Source of the DNA: Hamiltosporidium tvaerminnensis FI-OER-3-3
Taxonomy: Eukaryota > Fungi > Microsporidia
Direction: 5' to 3'
Length of the DNA stretch: 64,000 nucleotides
NCBI GenBank assembly: GCA_022605425.2
Contig: JAKIMF020000005.1
Span: forward strand, 620,001-684,000
In this document: positions 24,691 to 36,663 of the stretch, in pieces
Numbering within the stretch: the first letter of the stretch is position 1
Layout: each line of letters starts with the position of its first letter
Made by a program: the position numbers and the translations under genes
The notes under the pieces: generated by a model
What the model saw: the letters and a program-made list of their open reading frames with translations, nothing else
What the model was told of the DNA's origin: nothing
Databases searched by the model: none

Positions 24691-25149
24691 TCAAGAAAAC
24701 CATTAGTTATTTTAACATAAAACAAAATCGTAGGAACCAGCACGACGAATATTCTACACTTCAATTTGAATATATATTTATAGATATTATAAGATGATAA
24801 AAACAAGCAAAGAAAATTCTAACACATATTTTTAAAATATAGATGTAAAATTTCAAAGCATAAAAATTATGTCGTGTCAAATGGAATTATAGAAATTTAT
24901 TTTTTTCAAAAAATAATATTAAATACTGTTTTATGAACTATCATGTGCAAATTTTGTATTTATTGTCTGACTTTTTGTATTGAATGATAGGGTAGTGAGC
25001 GTATAGATACGAATTAAGAAACTCTTAAGTAAATACAAATGGCTCAATATCTATCTAAAGTAGTTCCCGAGAATATTCATATATTATGACCTTACTAAAT
25101 GATTATATACCAATTCAACTTTTAGAAACTTCTGAAAGAATTAAAAAAA

Positions 25150-26250
25150 TGGGATTCAAGCAATTCTAATCTTAGAAAATAGCGAATAACACGAGCTTTT
25201 TGAAAACTTTATTCAAGACAAAATATTTAAAAATAGAGAAACAAAAACAATTATGGAGCAAAAGAAATTTGCAAATATATATTAATAGGTTAAAATCATG
25301 GTTCAAATGTATATTCATTACAAACATTGAAATTTATATTTCTGTGAAATAGGCTAAAAAGGATAGCATATGCTGCTAAATGACAATTCCTTTGTGTTTT
25401 TTTAATAGTAATCTATTTCAGAGGAAAAAAGAAGGCTTCATCAATTGTATTATATCAGTTAAAACCCAATAACATGAAATCAAGCAGACACAAAAATAAA
25501 TCTGACACTATTAAATGACATTAAAAGGATCTTTGGCACCTGTGTTTTGGGTTACATATACCTTTTTATCAAACAAGAATCGGGAATTAGTCGTTATAGT
25601 GATTTCTTTAAACGTAATAAATAATAATGGGAAAAAACACATTTCCTATTTAGTAAATCATAAATTAGCAATTATTTTGTATCACAAATCAAGGATAAAA
25701 AAATTTAGGAAATCCGAATTACTTACAAACTTCTTAAGGCATTGCTTTTAGAAACTTCGAATTTAATTTTTAATGAAAAGTTTCTTTTTAATTTAAATTT
25801 AGTAGCATATGATTTCTTCATATAATTGTGTTGATATCACCAACGGCATATAAGAGGAATCTTTAAAGGCTGAATATTAGTAAGAATAAAAACATGTATT
25901 TAAATGTAATATCAGAATGCTGAAAAAGAAATTCTGTTGATAAAGGTGTTTTTCGTTAGAAAAAAGTTAATGAGGTTTGCAGAAAGAGAATAAAATATGC
26001 CATACAAGTAGAAATAGTTCAGATAGAATCCAATCTTTCTTGTATATATAAACGTATTAGAAATTATATGTATAATAGTACAGACCCAAAATATTTATTC
26101 ACAAATGTGAATATACCGACTAAAAAGAGTGCACTGGCACAAAATATAAAAGCGCATACTTCGAAACACTAGTAAAATTTTCCAGAAAGCAGAGATAAAA
26201 CAAAAAAAAACTTTCAAGCAAATACCTCGATAGTAAATCCATTTGAATAT
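25150..26250 (+). mobile_element. Old relic of RT domain of an RLE-type (R4-like) non-LTR element
   Basis: YGAKEI (cf. QGAKEQ), KGSLAPVFWVTYTFLSNKNRE (cf. QGDSLSPLLFVLCMDPLSRKLNE) and HISYLVNHKL (cf. HLLFIDDLKL), in order relative to the intact element in this window. Confidence 0.45.
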
Positions 26251-26834
26251 AGTAACATATTGAGTGAATTATACTATTTTTATATTAAATAAACAAGTTT
26301 TTTGTATTTTTTTTTAATAATTTATCCATAAAAATTTAAATTAATTTTGAGATAATTTTAATATTCGTTTTTAATTTAGTTATAATTTTTTTAAAAAATT
26401 TTTGTCTATATTTTAAAAATACATTTCAAAGTTATTGTAAGAAAATTAATAGATTTTGTTATAATTATAAACAAATTTTCATTTCTGATCTTTTTTGTCA
26501 AAGTTTAAAAGACCACCTTTTGAAATTTTCTTTTATAAATTATGATATTTTGATTTACAAATTCTCGTATTTAATATTTTAAGATTTTGTATTAAAAAAG
26601 TTTTCAACACTATAAATCTTAATTAATTATAATTTTAAATAAAAGAAATCTTATTTTGTTTAAAAGTATTCTAGATAGTAGACATGTTTAATTTTTGATT
26701 GGTATTACTTTAATATATATTTTTAAATGAGAAACGTCATAATTTATTCTCTTTGAGATATATTATTTTTTTTCAAATTAATTTAATCAATTTTTAACTT
26801 TATAAATAGAAAAACTTATATAAAAATCCTTGTA

Positions 26835-29036
26835 ATGAAATCATTTGTATTCATTAAAAATTTTTTGTTCTTATATTTCTTTTTTGTTAGAGAAATATCC
26901 ACATCTGATATTCAAATATCATTTTTACTGGAAAAAGAGGTCAAATCAACTTTCAAAAAAATTTTCAAACAATCTGATAATCAGAAAATATATGGAAAAT
27001 TCGATTTATATGGCAAATTACTTTCTATAAATCATAAAAAGATTCTTTCAACCGAAATTTATAATGAAGATGAATTTATAATTTGCGAATTAAAAAAGGT
27101 TACTTTGAATTATCCAACTGATTTTTCGGTTAAATTTGAATACCTAGACATTTTATTATTGAAAAAATACAAAACTTCAAATGAAATTTATATCGGCAAC
27201 ATGGTTTCATATAAAAACTTTAAACTGTTTATGAAAATTTGTTCAGATACCGAAAATAATCTTAAAAAGCGAATAAATATTGGAGATATTTTTCAAATAT
27301 TACATTTAATCGATTTTTTGAATCCGATTGACAAATATTTCGAGAAAAAAATAGTTAAGAAAATTTATGAAATTAAATTTAAAAGATATACACTTTATTC
27401 GGATTTCTTTGATTATTATAAGAAACTTATAATATATCAAAGGTATATACACGAGTTTATATATTTTATACGAAATATAATCACCGGAAAAAATTTAGAT
27501 ATTTTAATCAACAAAGATTTTCTGGTCATCGATAACAATTATATGAATTTAATAGATGACTCTTTCAAAAAACAAGCTGTATTTTCCGAGTCTGTTGAAT
27601 TCGTTGTCACCAAAAATGTAATTCTTAAGATTAGTATGTTTGATAAGAAAGATAGAGATACGCTAATTAATTCCATAGTTCATACTATTATTCTTTGTCA
27701 TATAAAGAAAATATCTATCTTAACAGACTGTCCCTTTGACAGAATAACACATATATTCGAAAGAAAATCTCTTCTTTCAATCAAAAATAGTTTTAGAACT
27801 TCATATAGCTGCCCAGATATATTTAAAATATTTATTTTAATTGAAAAATATGGTTATAGTGATGAAATAACTCACATAAGATTAGAGAAAATAAATATTT
27901 CTAAAAAAACATGTAATTGCATTTCCAAATTTAGAAAGATTAAATCGCTAGAAATTAGTTTTTGTAAAAAAAATTCAGAATTATTTCTGAAAAAAACTCT
28001 TGAAACTTCAAAAGAGTTAGAAATTTTAAAACTCAATGATATGTATATCTCACGAAATACTTTAAAACTAATATCGAAGATGAATCTTAGTAAAATTAGT
28101 TTTAAGTCTTGCAGATTTGAAAAATCACAAGAAATTTTTTTTACTTTAAATATTCCATTATGTATAAGAAAATTAAATTTTTGCAGAAATACAATCGAAT
28201 ATTCTTTTTTCATTTATTTGGAAGCAATAAAAAACCTCGAATCTTTAAATATTTCTTTTGCGGTTATAATGTCTCCATTACCCACCAAAATTAATCTAGG
28301 CAATTTAAAAAAGATAAATCTAACTGGAATCAAGAGTTTTTATTTAGGAAATGTTTTGATGTACAAAATGAATAATTTAAGAAAAATAATTATTTCAGAA
28401 ATATTTTTCTTTCATTTTTTAACTAAACCGGTAGATATGAACAATGTATTTTACAAAATAAAAGAAATAAAAATACCTTTTTCACTTTCTATACTAAGAT
28501 ATGTAAACACATTGAAAGAATTTAATTGTTTGGAAAAATTAACTATGGAAAATACTTTTTTTAAACAAAACGATTTTCTTAAATTAGATGGAGTTTTATT
28601 TATCCATACTCTGCAGTATTTAAAAATATCAGCTGCAACTTTTGGCAACAATGATATTTTAATATTGAAAAAATTCAATAACCTTCAGTTTTTAGGCTTG
28701 ATAAAATGTAGTTTGGATAAAGTAGAATCTAATCTATTTAATATAGATTTATGGAAAAAAACCATAATGAGTTTAGATCTTAGATTTACAAAAATAAACG
28801 ACGAGGACATAAATAATATACTTCAATTCGAAAATCTTAAATACCTTTCATTAACTATATTCTCTCGGCAAAGACAAAATTTTATTGTACAAATTTTGAG
28901 ATTTTCCAAAACATTGAATTTGCAAGAATTAATTCTTTTTAATAGTTATTTAACAGATCAAGAAATACTTAGTTTGATTCAAAGTAAAGTATCTAAACGA
29001 ACTTTCTTTATTGAAAATGAATATATTATAGCCTAA
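26835..29036 (+). CDS. Secreted BTB-like + LRR family protein, subfamily B (733 aa)
   Basis: Signal-like FLFLYFFFVREIST; LRRs IKSLEISFC, LEILKLNDM, LESLNISF, LQFLGLIKC, IMSLDLRFT. Confidence 0.85.
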   Translation: MKSFVFIKNFLFLYFFFVREISTSDIQISFLLEKEVKSTFKKIFKQSDNQKIYGKFDLYGKLLSINHKKILSTEIYNEDEFIICELKKVTLNYPTDFSVKFEYLDILLLKKYKTSNEIYIGNMVSYKNFKLFMKICSDTENNLKKRINIGDIFQILHLIDFLNPIDKYFEKKIVKKIYEIKFKRYTLYSDFFDYYKKLIIYQRYIHEFIYFIRNIITGKNLDILINKDFLVIDNNYMNLIDDSFKKQAVFSESVEFVVTKNVILKISMFDKKDRDTLINSIVHTIILCHIKKISILTDCPFDRITHIFERKSLLSIKNSFRTSYSCPDIFKIFILIEKYGYSDEITHIRLEKINISKKTCNCISKFRKIKSLEISFCKKNSELFLKKTLETSKELEILKLNDMYISRNTLKLISKMNLSKISFKSCRFEKSQEIFFTLNIPLCIRKLNFCRNTIEYSFFIYLEAIKNLESLNISFAVIMSPLPTKINLGNLKKINLTGIKSFYLGNVLMYKMNNLRKIIISEIFFFHFLTKPVDMNNVFYKIKEIKIPFSLSILRYVNTLKEFNCLEKLTMENTFFKQNDFLKLDGVLFIHTLQYLKISAATFGNNDILILKKFNNLQFLGLIKCSLDKVESNLFNIDLWKKTIMSLDLRFTKINDEDINNILQFENLKYLSLTIFSRQRQNFIVQILRFSKTLNLQELILFNSYLTDQEILSLIQSKVSKRTFFIENEYIIA

Positions 29037-29537
29037 AAATGTGGAGACAGGACTCAGATTAATTTTTATGAAATATCCTTATTAAAAATATTTATACTTT
29101 TATAATAAAATTCTATTTTTAGACATAAGTTTAAATCTCTTTTTTTTAAATAACTTTATTGTACAAATTATGTTACATGTAAATGTTTATTGAGGGAATT
29201 AATTCGAATATTTTAAAATACTATAATAAATTAATTTGTATCATATAGATTAGAAATTCCAAATAAACCAATGATTCTAATTCATTTCCAAATTACAATT
29301 CAATTATCCATGATATCATAAATTAGTGTACAGAAATCCAGTCTTTTTCTATAAATATTCATATTATCCAATATTTTAGTCAATCGGCATTTTTAATATC
29401 TTTTTGGTTTAATTAAGACCTTTACTTACAAAAATTTAGAGAAATTTAACGCGAAAAAACACAAAGTACGATTTAAATGAAAGCAATACAAAAAAACTAT
29501 TTATCGAACTAAAAATAAGTACATAAATAATTTTTAT

Positions 29538-30224
29538 TTATAAACTTCTAGGTATTTGAATTTCCAAATAAGTATTTTCATATTTTTTAAAAAGAAATTG
29601 AATTGAAAGAATATTTTCATTAAAAGAAAAAAGTGTTCCTTCGATAAAACCAAACAACTCTTCAAATATATTTGCCCAATTATTTAAACATTTGAAATAT
29701 AAATAGTTTGATTCAATAATTTCAATATCATTTATCACTATTCTTTCATTACTTTCCTCCACTTCCCTCCTTATAATAAGATTCATATTTTCAAGACTAT
29801 AGGTTACAATTCCCTTAAACATTGCAAGTATCTTGGATTGTTCTGGTTTTAAAATAAATTTTATTTTAGAATCTTCAACAAATTTATATTCATTGTCCAG
29901 TAAATCTATAAAAGGAATTTTTACAAATAAAGAATAATTCTCGCTTTTGGTTGTTAAATTTAAATTATTATCGATATAAAGGCAAAGATTTTTTTTGAAA
30001 TGATTTATATACGAAAGTAAAAGACTATGATCAATTGTGAAAATTATATCTCTATAGTCAATATAGTTAAAAATAATATTTTCTAAAATAATATATTGCC
30101 TTAGATTATTAATAGCAGAAATTTCTAGTGTTTCGTTGCTAAATTTGAAAGTAATTTTATTTTTTGAATTAAAAGATTTGAGAATTGCTACAAAGAATTT
30201 AACATCTTTTATTTCTAATTTCAT
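29538..30224 (-). CDS. RAD1: PCNA-fold 9-1-1 checkpoint clamp subunit, Rad1/Rec1/ScRad17-like
   Basis: DVKFFVAILKSFNSKNKITFKFSNETLEIS and YIILENIIF...IIFTIDHSLLLSYINHF parallel Rad1 NVRNLSTILKAIHF.. and AFIQAGIF...VTFRINLTVLLDCLSIF. Confidence 0.55.
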   Translation of the reverse strand: MKLEIKDVKFFVAILKSFNSKNKITFKFSNETLEISAINNLRQYIILENIIFNYIDYRDIIFTIDHSLLLSYINHFKKNLCLYIDNNLNLTTKSENYSLFVKIPFIDLLDNEYKFVEDSKIKFILKPEQSKILAMFKGIVTYSLENMNLIIRREVEESNERIVINDIEIIESNYLYFKCLNNWANIFEELFGFIEGTLFSFNENILSIQFLFKKYENTYLEIQIPRSL

Positions 30225-30999
30225 AGGTTAGGAAAAAAAAATTATTTAAATGGTTCTAGGTTTGTAAAAAAAATTCTGATTTTTACTTGTTTATTGAATT
30301 GCCAATTTATTATGTAATATTTCTAGCGATCATTGTATTGGTGATATAATAGCTTCTTAGTCATACAAAAATCCATTTTTGCTGATTTATTTACCGTTAT
30401 ATTTTTTATACTAATTCCATCTCATTATCTTTTGAAAAATCATTTTTTTTTATAAAAATTTCCTTAAATTTTGGCTCTTGTACTACTTTTGGTCGTTTTT
30501 TATCACTATGAAATACAATATTATAGTCTTTCCCGTTCAACACTTTCTTTAATATTGCTTTGTATGTAAATCAGTGGTAAAAAATTTCAAGACCCATCAG
30601 CTCTTCATATTAATTTTGGCTGCACTATTTAGCAGATGGTTTCGGTGTGTAGTCTTGAATATTTTTGTACCACAAATTAAAGAAAATTTCAACGAGTTTC
30701 TAGTAATAGAACAAAAATGCGAATCGATTTTTGATAATAAGTGGTACTTTTTAAAGTTCATATTGAGGTATAAATTAAAAAAGATTTCATAATAATTCAA
30801 CAGAGATGATTTCCAAATCACATATATATAATATGTGGCAGTTTGGCTAATGAATTGTAATACTGAGTTTACTGTTTCAAAAATTCAATGGCATTTTGGG
30901 AAAAAAACCCAAATATGGTTATTGAACTTGTTTAGTTTTTTATTTGAAACAATATATCGTGTCTATTATTTCGAATTTAGGAACCGGCTTTTATTTTAT

Positions 31000-33900
31000 G
31001 TGTCATTTAGGCTTTTGTACTGAATTCCAAGGATTTTTTGAATATGATGATGCTTAGTTTGTTTGGAAGCCCAAATTAATAGTTTTTGAAAAGTACTAGA
31101 TAAACCGAACCACTTCACTATGTCTTTTAATATAGTCATCTCTTGTTTTTTTCTTCAATTGCGAATACTATACCGAAATAGCAGACTTCTTACCAGGCGA
31201 TGTCTTCTATCGTTCTCTTAGAATAAATTCTTATTTTAATGATACAAAAAACTGATTTTACGCTTGGCTTAATGTTGTTAATTCTTCAGCCATTTCGAGA
31301 CATCTCGAACACTTATAAAATTTTTAATCGAGTGAAAATAATCTTAATTGTAATTTTTGTTCTTTATTCGTTATAAATTTTTCTATTGATATCTTCTGAT
31401 TTTTTTTAGATTTATAATTCATCATATACTAGACACGATGAAATATTAATTATTATTGAAAGAATATTGTTATTTTGATTTTCTGAATACCAGCAACATT
31501 ATTTTTTTATATTTCAAAATTTTAAAATCATATATTTGATCCACTATTATATATTGTCTAGAATTATTGGAAATATATTTCGAAGTTTGTTATACTATCT
31601 AACGTTCTTCATAAATATTTAGATTCTTTTTTATAAAAATTACAGACATTGTATAGTCTAAATCTGCTATCCCCTGATTTAAATAATGCACATATATCGA
31701 AGATTAATGAAGATTTCTTTAATATACATATATTAGACAGGTTTTTAAAAGTTAAGATGCTTACAGAGTCGTAAATTAAAACAGAAGCTTTGCTTTAACA
31801 GTTTTAATTTAATTACATGTTTTTATTGAAATTTTATATTATTCTGTAATTCTAAAAAATACTCAGAATTCCCAAAAAAGATAATTTCTTTTGTATAAAG
31901 GTTAATTTAATCGGTTTATATTTGTAAATTTTAACTTATATTGTATTAAACAATGTTTTGCATTCTGAGCCATAAGCCAAGAATAACTTGAATTTAAAGG
32001 CTTAACAAAATAGGCTATCAACGGAGAAGATTCATAAAATTAATTTCTGAATATAATTTTAGGAGTCAGTGTCTTAATATAACCTGGTCTGGTAAATTCT
32101 TATACGCCTAGATAAGAGAATCAACAAAAGATCTCTTAATAATTGCTCTTTAAATATTTTATTAGTGATTTCCTTCGTTCTTTTGATAGATAAATTCTAA
32201 TTTTGTTTGAAACATATTTACTGTAAAATACACAAAAAAATGATTGCTTTAGTTTAATAACTCAAATATATATATGCGTTTGGATATAGAGGTTTTGTTC
32301 TTATTGGTTTTTCTATGCCGCAGTTGCATTTTTTACTCCATACAAATTCACCAAAATCTGCTTTTCGTAATTAAAAATTCTCTTCTTTCTAGCCGATTTT
32401 AAATGATCAGTTTTCATTTGCATTTTATAGTGAAGTATTTTCGGGTAGCATTTATTGTTATCTTATATAAGCTTGGTGCATGTTATCTTATTTTTATTGA
32501 ATATTTCTAGCAATGTAATATTTAGTTAAATAAATTAGTCCACAAGAGACTAAATTCTAACCTTCTCTTTGTAACCTACAAATTTTATTGTAGGATAAAT
32601 CATTTCTAAAAAAAACAAATAGATTTTTTATTAACTAATGCATTATTACCAGCCATTTTCGCCGATTTCAACATGCAAGCCTTTAATATATAGAGTTACA
32701 TTTAACAAAGGAAAAAAATACCTGCCTTAGAATGAGTCGGCCGGATTCACATGAATTAATGTTTATTTTTTTATCAGGATGTTTAAAGACAATATTTTTT
32801 TTATGATAAAATATACAAAGTACTTGGTACCATGGATAACGAAGCTTATTATTATCATTAAAAGAACAATATTTATAATTTTTTTTTAATAACAGCTTTT
32901 TTATGTTATAGACCTCGGGTTTATAGAATATTAATTGCTAAGAGTTGTTTTACAAAGTTAAAGCGCTGATAAATAATTTTGTTTCATCAAGCATAAATCG
33001 ATATCAGGATGATTTTCTTCGGTAATATGCTTTTAGTATCAGAGATTTTACTATATAAACATCATAGCAAAGATATTTATACAAAAAATTAAAACTAAGA
33101 CTTTTTTAATAATCTTTAATTAAAATATATGGTTCAATTTTTGTTTTCCAGCAATGAATAAATTTATATTTGTATAATAATCATGATTAAACATGATTCT
33201 AAAATTTAAATTGTCGTAAACTTGTTGTTTTGATTTCGAGTTTTCAAAACGCCATTTCAAGCTTTTTTTTGCAACAATATCCGATTAATTCACAGAGAGA
33301 TATTTTCATGGAATATCAAACACATTATAACTAACGATTTAAAATACCAGTAATTATTCTATGGACTAAATATTGTTCGGTGTCATTATTTTCGCATATT
33401 TAAAGGTATCTAGAGCACAGATAATTATAAGTTTCTTACTTTGTTATTGACAAAGTATTAGTTTGTATACAGAAAAAAGCTGTAAAAAGATTTTCAAAAC
33501 CAGTTTAATATATTATAAAAGTATTAAACATCTAAACGCTTATATGTTTTATTGGGAAATCGATTAGCACCCAGATTTAAAATTTTCTTACATTCGTTGA
33601 AGCCCATGACCAAAGGGGAAATGTAAATAATGAAGATAAAATCTTCATAGATAAAGCATATCAATGGAGGCATGTTCTAGGATGTGTATGCTTTTCTGAT
33701 ATTTATTGAACCAATTACAAAATTTGGCAGTATATTTAAAGCAGTCCAAATATCAATTTAGCTCCATATTCAAGTATTTTTTTGTACCTTTACTGTTTAA
33801 AAGCCCATAATTAACTTTTACTAAGTTAGGATATATCTAAGAACATAAACAAATATAGTTTTTATGCGATTTAACTGCATCATATTGTTTGCAGTTCTTT
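31000..33900 (-). mobile_element. Possible heavily decayed LTR-retrotransposon pol relic
   Basis: Minus-strand FPFG..LQR-like (~33600-33630) and NG..ERIN-like (~31275-31300) remnants in RT-to-integrase order; no ORF. Confidence 0.3.
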
Positions 33901-34109
33901 GGTGTTTCACACAGTTTAGATCTTGATTTTTTTTGGTGGCATATAAGATGTATTTGGAATATATCTGAGTATATAAATATACTCAGATATGTTCATAAAT
34001 TAATAATAAGGTACGTCTAAAAAAATTTGTTTTATATAATAGTAAGCCATGTTTTTAATGACTAATTTAACGACTTACATGATATATTTTCTATAATACG
34101 AGATAAAAA

Positions 34110-34900
34110 TGGTGATATAATAACCAAGCCAAAAATAATTTTTCGGCAAGGAGTATGTAAAGTTCGTGTGAAAATACTTGCGGTCATTGTGGTGGAATAT
34201 AAACCAACTGGATCTATAGGCTAATCCCTATAATGCTAAGTTTCAATGATTATAATAAAATGGAAAACTTTTATTTGTTCATCCCGAGCACTGAGAGGTA
34301 AAAGATACATGGAATATGAACTATCAAGAATCAGACATAAAAAAATAAGCCTTGAATGAAAAGTTAAAATTCAGATTTGTTACTTTAAAAAAACATAAGT
34401 CATTTGAAACATATTTTTTATATAGAGACAACTTTATTTGTAAGTTAAACACCAGTATAGTATCACTGAAGCTATTCTAGCCGAGATAATATAATTATAG
34501 ATAGATAAGAAGGCTATATATCAAAGAATAACTCATATAATAAGAATATAGGTCAGTGAATGAGTATTTAATAGGCTTTCAAAATTAATCCTTTGATTTT
34601 GCTAGAATAATTCGACTCTTATTTCAAATTTAAATCTAATAGTAAAGACCAATATAAAAATATTTATAGATAAACGAAGTATTGTAAAAATTTATAAAAT
34701 GAAAATTCAGATGTAAAATATGCGAACAAAAGTAACAAAATCCAATTATTTGTATAAAATTTATTCAAACATCTAAATAACATCCGAGATTCATATTTAC
34801 AATGCAAATGAATGATAATGGCAAAATTACAAACGAAATACAATTGCCTGGTACATAATACAAAAAGAAGTAATTAAAATCAAATTTATAAGTTTCCCCT
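34110..34900 (+). mobile_element. Decayed LINE 5' portion (family B) with shared head
   Basis: Aligns to 2057-2290 over ~220 nt; downstream SITEAIL (APE ITETWL-like) at ~34460. End approximate. Confidence 0.55.
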
Positions 34901-36663
34901 AAATAAATATTAAAATTCAAAGGAAGAACAAGTTGGGAGTAAATAAGAACTATAAAATACGGTGGATTTTGTCTATTTTTTGATGGTTAGTTTGAATTTC
35001 TATTCGTTTGAAATGTGAAAAAAAAGACGACTTTAAAATACCTTAAAAATTTATCCCGAAGGTAATATTATGTGAAGAACGAATATATCACACATTAAAA
35101 ACAATCTTCTGCGTAATTATTTGAAGAAATCGATAAAAACCTTATGGTTTATCTTTTTTTGTGAGATGAAAACACATAAATTTTAGGTTTTTGAATGAAA
35201 ATTTATTTAAAGAAAATAAGATCTATAAAACGTTGATTACTTTTCTAAAAAGCCGCGTATAATTTTTATATTAAGAAACTCAAACTCATGGTTTAAATCA
35301 TATGGATGACTATGTAAAAACCCAGATTCTGACTTTGTTCTCTCGGGCTGGAATGCTACCGCTCGAGAGATATGAAAACATAATATTAAAAAACAGGAGA
35401 ACTAAGCAGCAGGCTAAATTTTTTGATATGTTATTTCACTGCCCGTATAGGAGTCTATGTAACTTATCGAGATATATCTTAACTAGAAGTTAATTTGATT
35501 CAAAATTTTAAGGCAAATAGAGATGTGGCCTAGTTTCGGAAATCAGGGTGGGTTTTGACCGGTGAACACTTGCCATTCAACAAAAATTAAGGATTTATGG
35601 GACGCTTTTTGCCTATTAATTATAGTCAAAATATTTTTTGAACGAAGAACTATGAAGTATAGATATCTAAATGTACAAAGAGAGTTTTCAGACATAGATA
35701 TCTATGTTAAAACTATAACGCGTTAATTTTAAGAAATTCATATAATATATGCCTTTTTAACAAATGAATTTGCATAGCGTGTGTAATTATTAGTGAGGCT
35801 CTAGTTCTTGCTTCTTCCTAAAATATATCATTGCAAAAAATCTAAAATTTAGAAGATCAAGCCACTGAGGTTATATCTCATGGATTGAAAAAAAGCTATA
35901 ATTTCGCTTTTCATGAAAACAAAAACAAATTTATGAAATAGAAACATTTTTTGTGTAAAAATTTAAGAAATTTAATGGAATTCGAAATAATCCAGAATGT
36001 TTTAATTAAGAAAAACATATGGAAGCTTGATACAAGTTGGAGTATTCATGTGATGCTAATCTATTTTCCTATATATTTTTTAACTTTATATAATATCTGG
36101 TATTTTATCTTTTTGTATTAATGAAATTTTTTCTATATTTTAATTTAAAAAATGATTACATAAAAAAAACCAAAACAAAGTTAAAAAATCAACATCAAAA
36201 AATAGGCGTGCTGTAACAACCTTTTGAGTTAATACGGTTTTATCAGTGCATTTTTCTCTAATTTAATAATTTAACAGAGTACACAATAAAATATGTGAGG
36301 AGAAGAAAAATATAACAATTTAATGGCGAAAAACTTTGGTAAGAATATATACCTAATGTGTGTATAGATGATATTGTAAAAGGCTGATGAAAGTGTCGAA
36401 AAAACCAAGCAAATTGGATAACGAAATATCAGTGCAAGTTAGCGACAATCACATCTCTTATAGTTTTTCACATTACTTAACAGCAGAATGGCAAAATAAA
36501 ATATTTAATTAGAATATAAAATAATCTTTTTTTGATTTTTCGATAATAATATAAAAAGAACGGTATTTGTTCTTATTAATTCTATATACAATTTTATCGA
36601 AAATCCTCATTTATTTCGATAATGTTATTCTTTAATAAAATTTATTTGCAAAGGTAGCAAGTT

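Noticed and set aside
33291-33325. ACAGAGA followed by CATGG, resembling U6 snRNA
   Set aside because: No AGC triad and no internal stem-loop; lies in decayed TE-like sequence.
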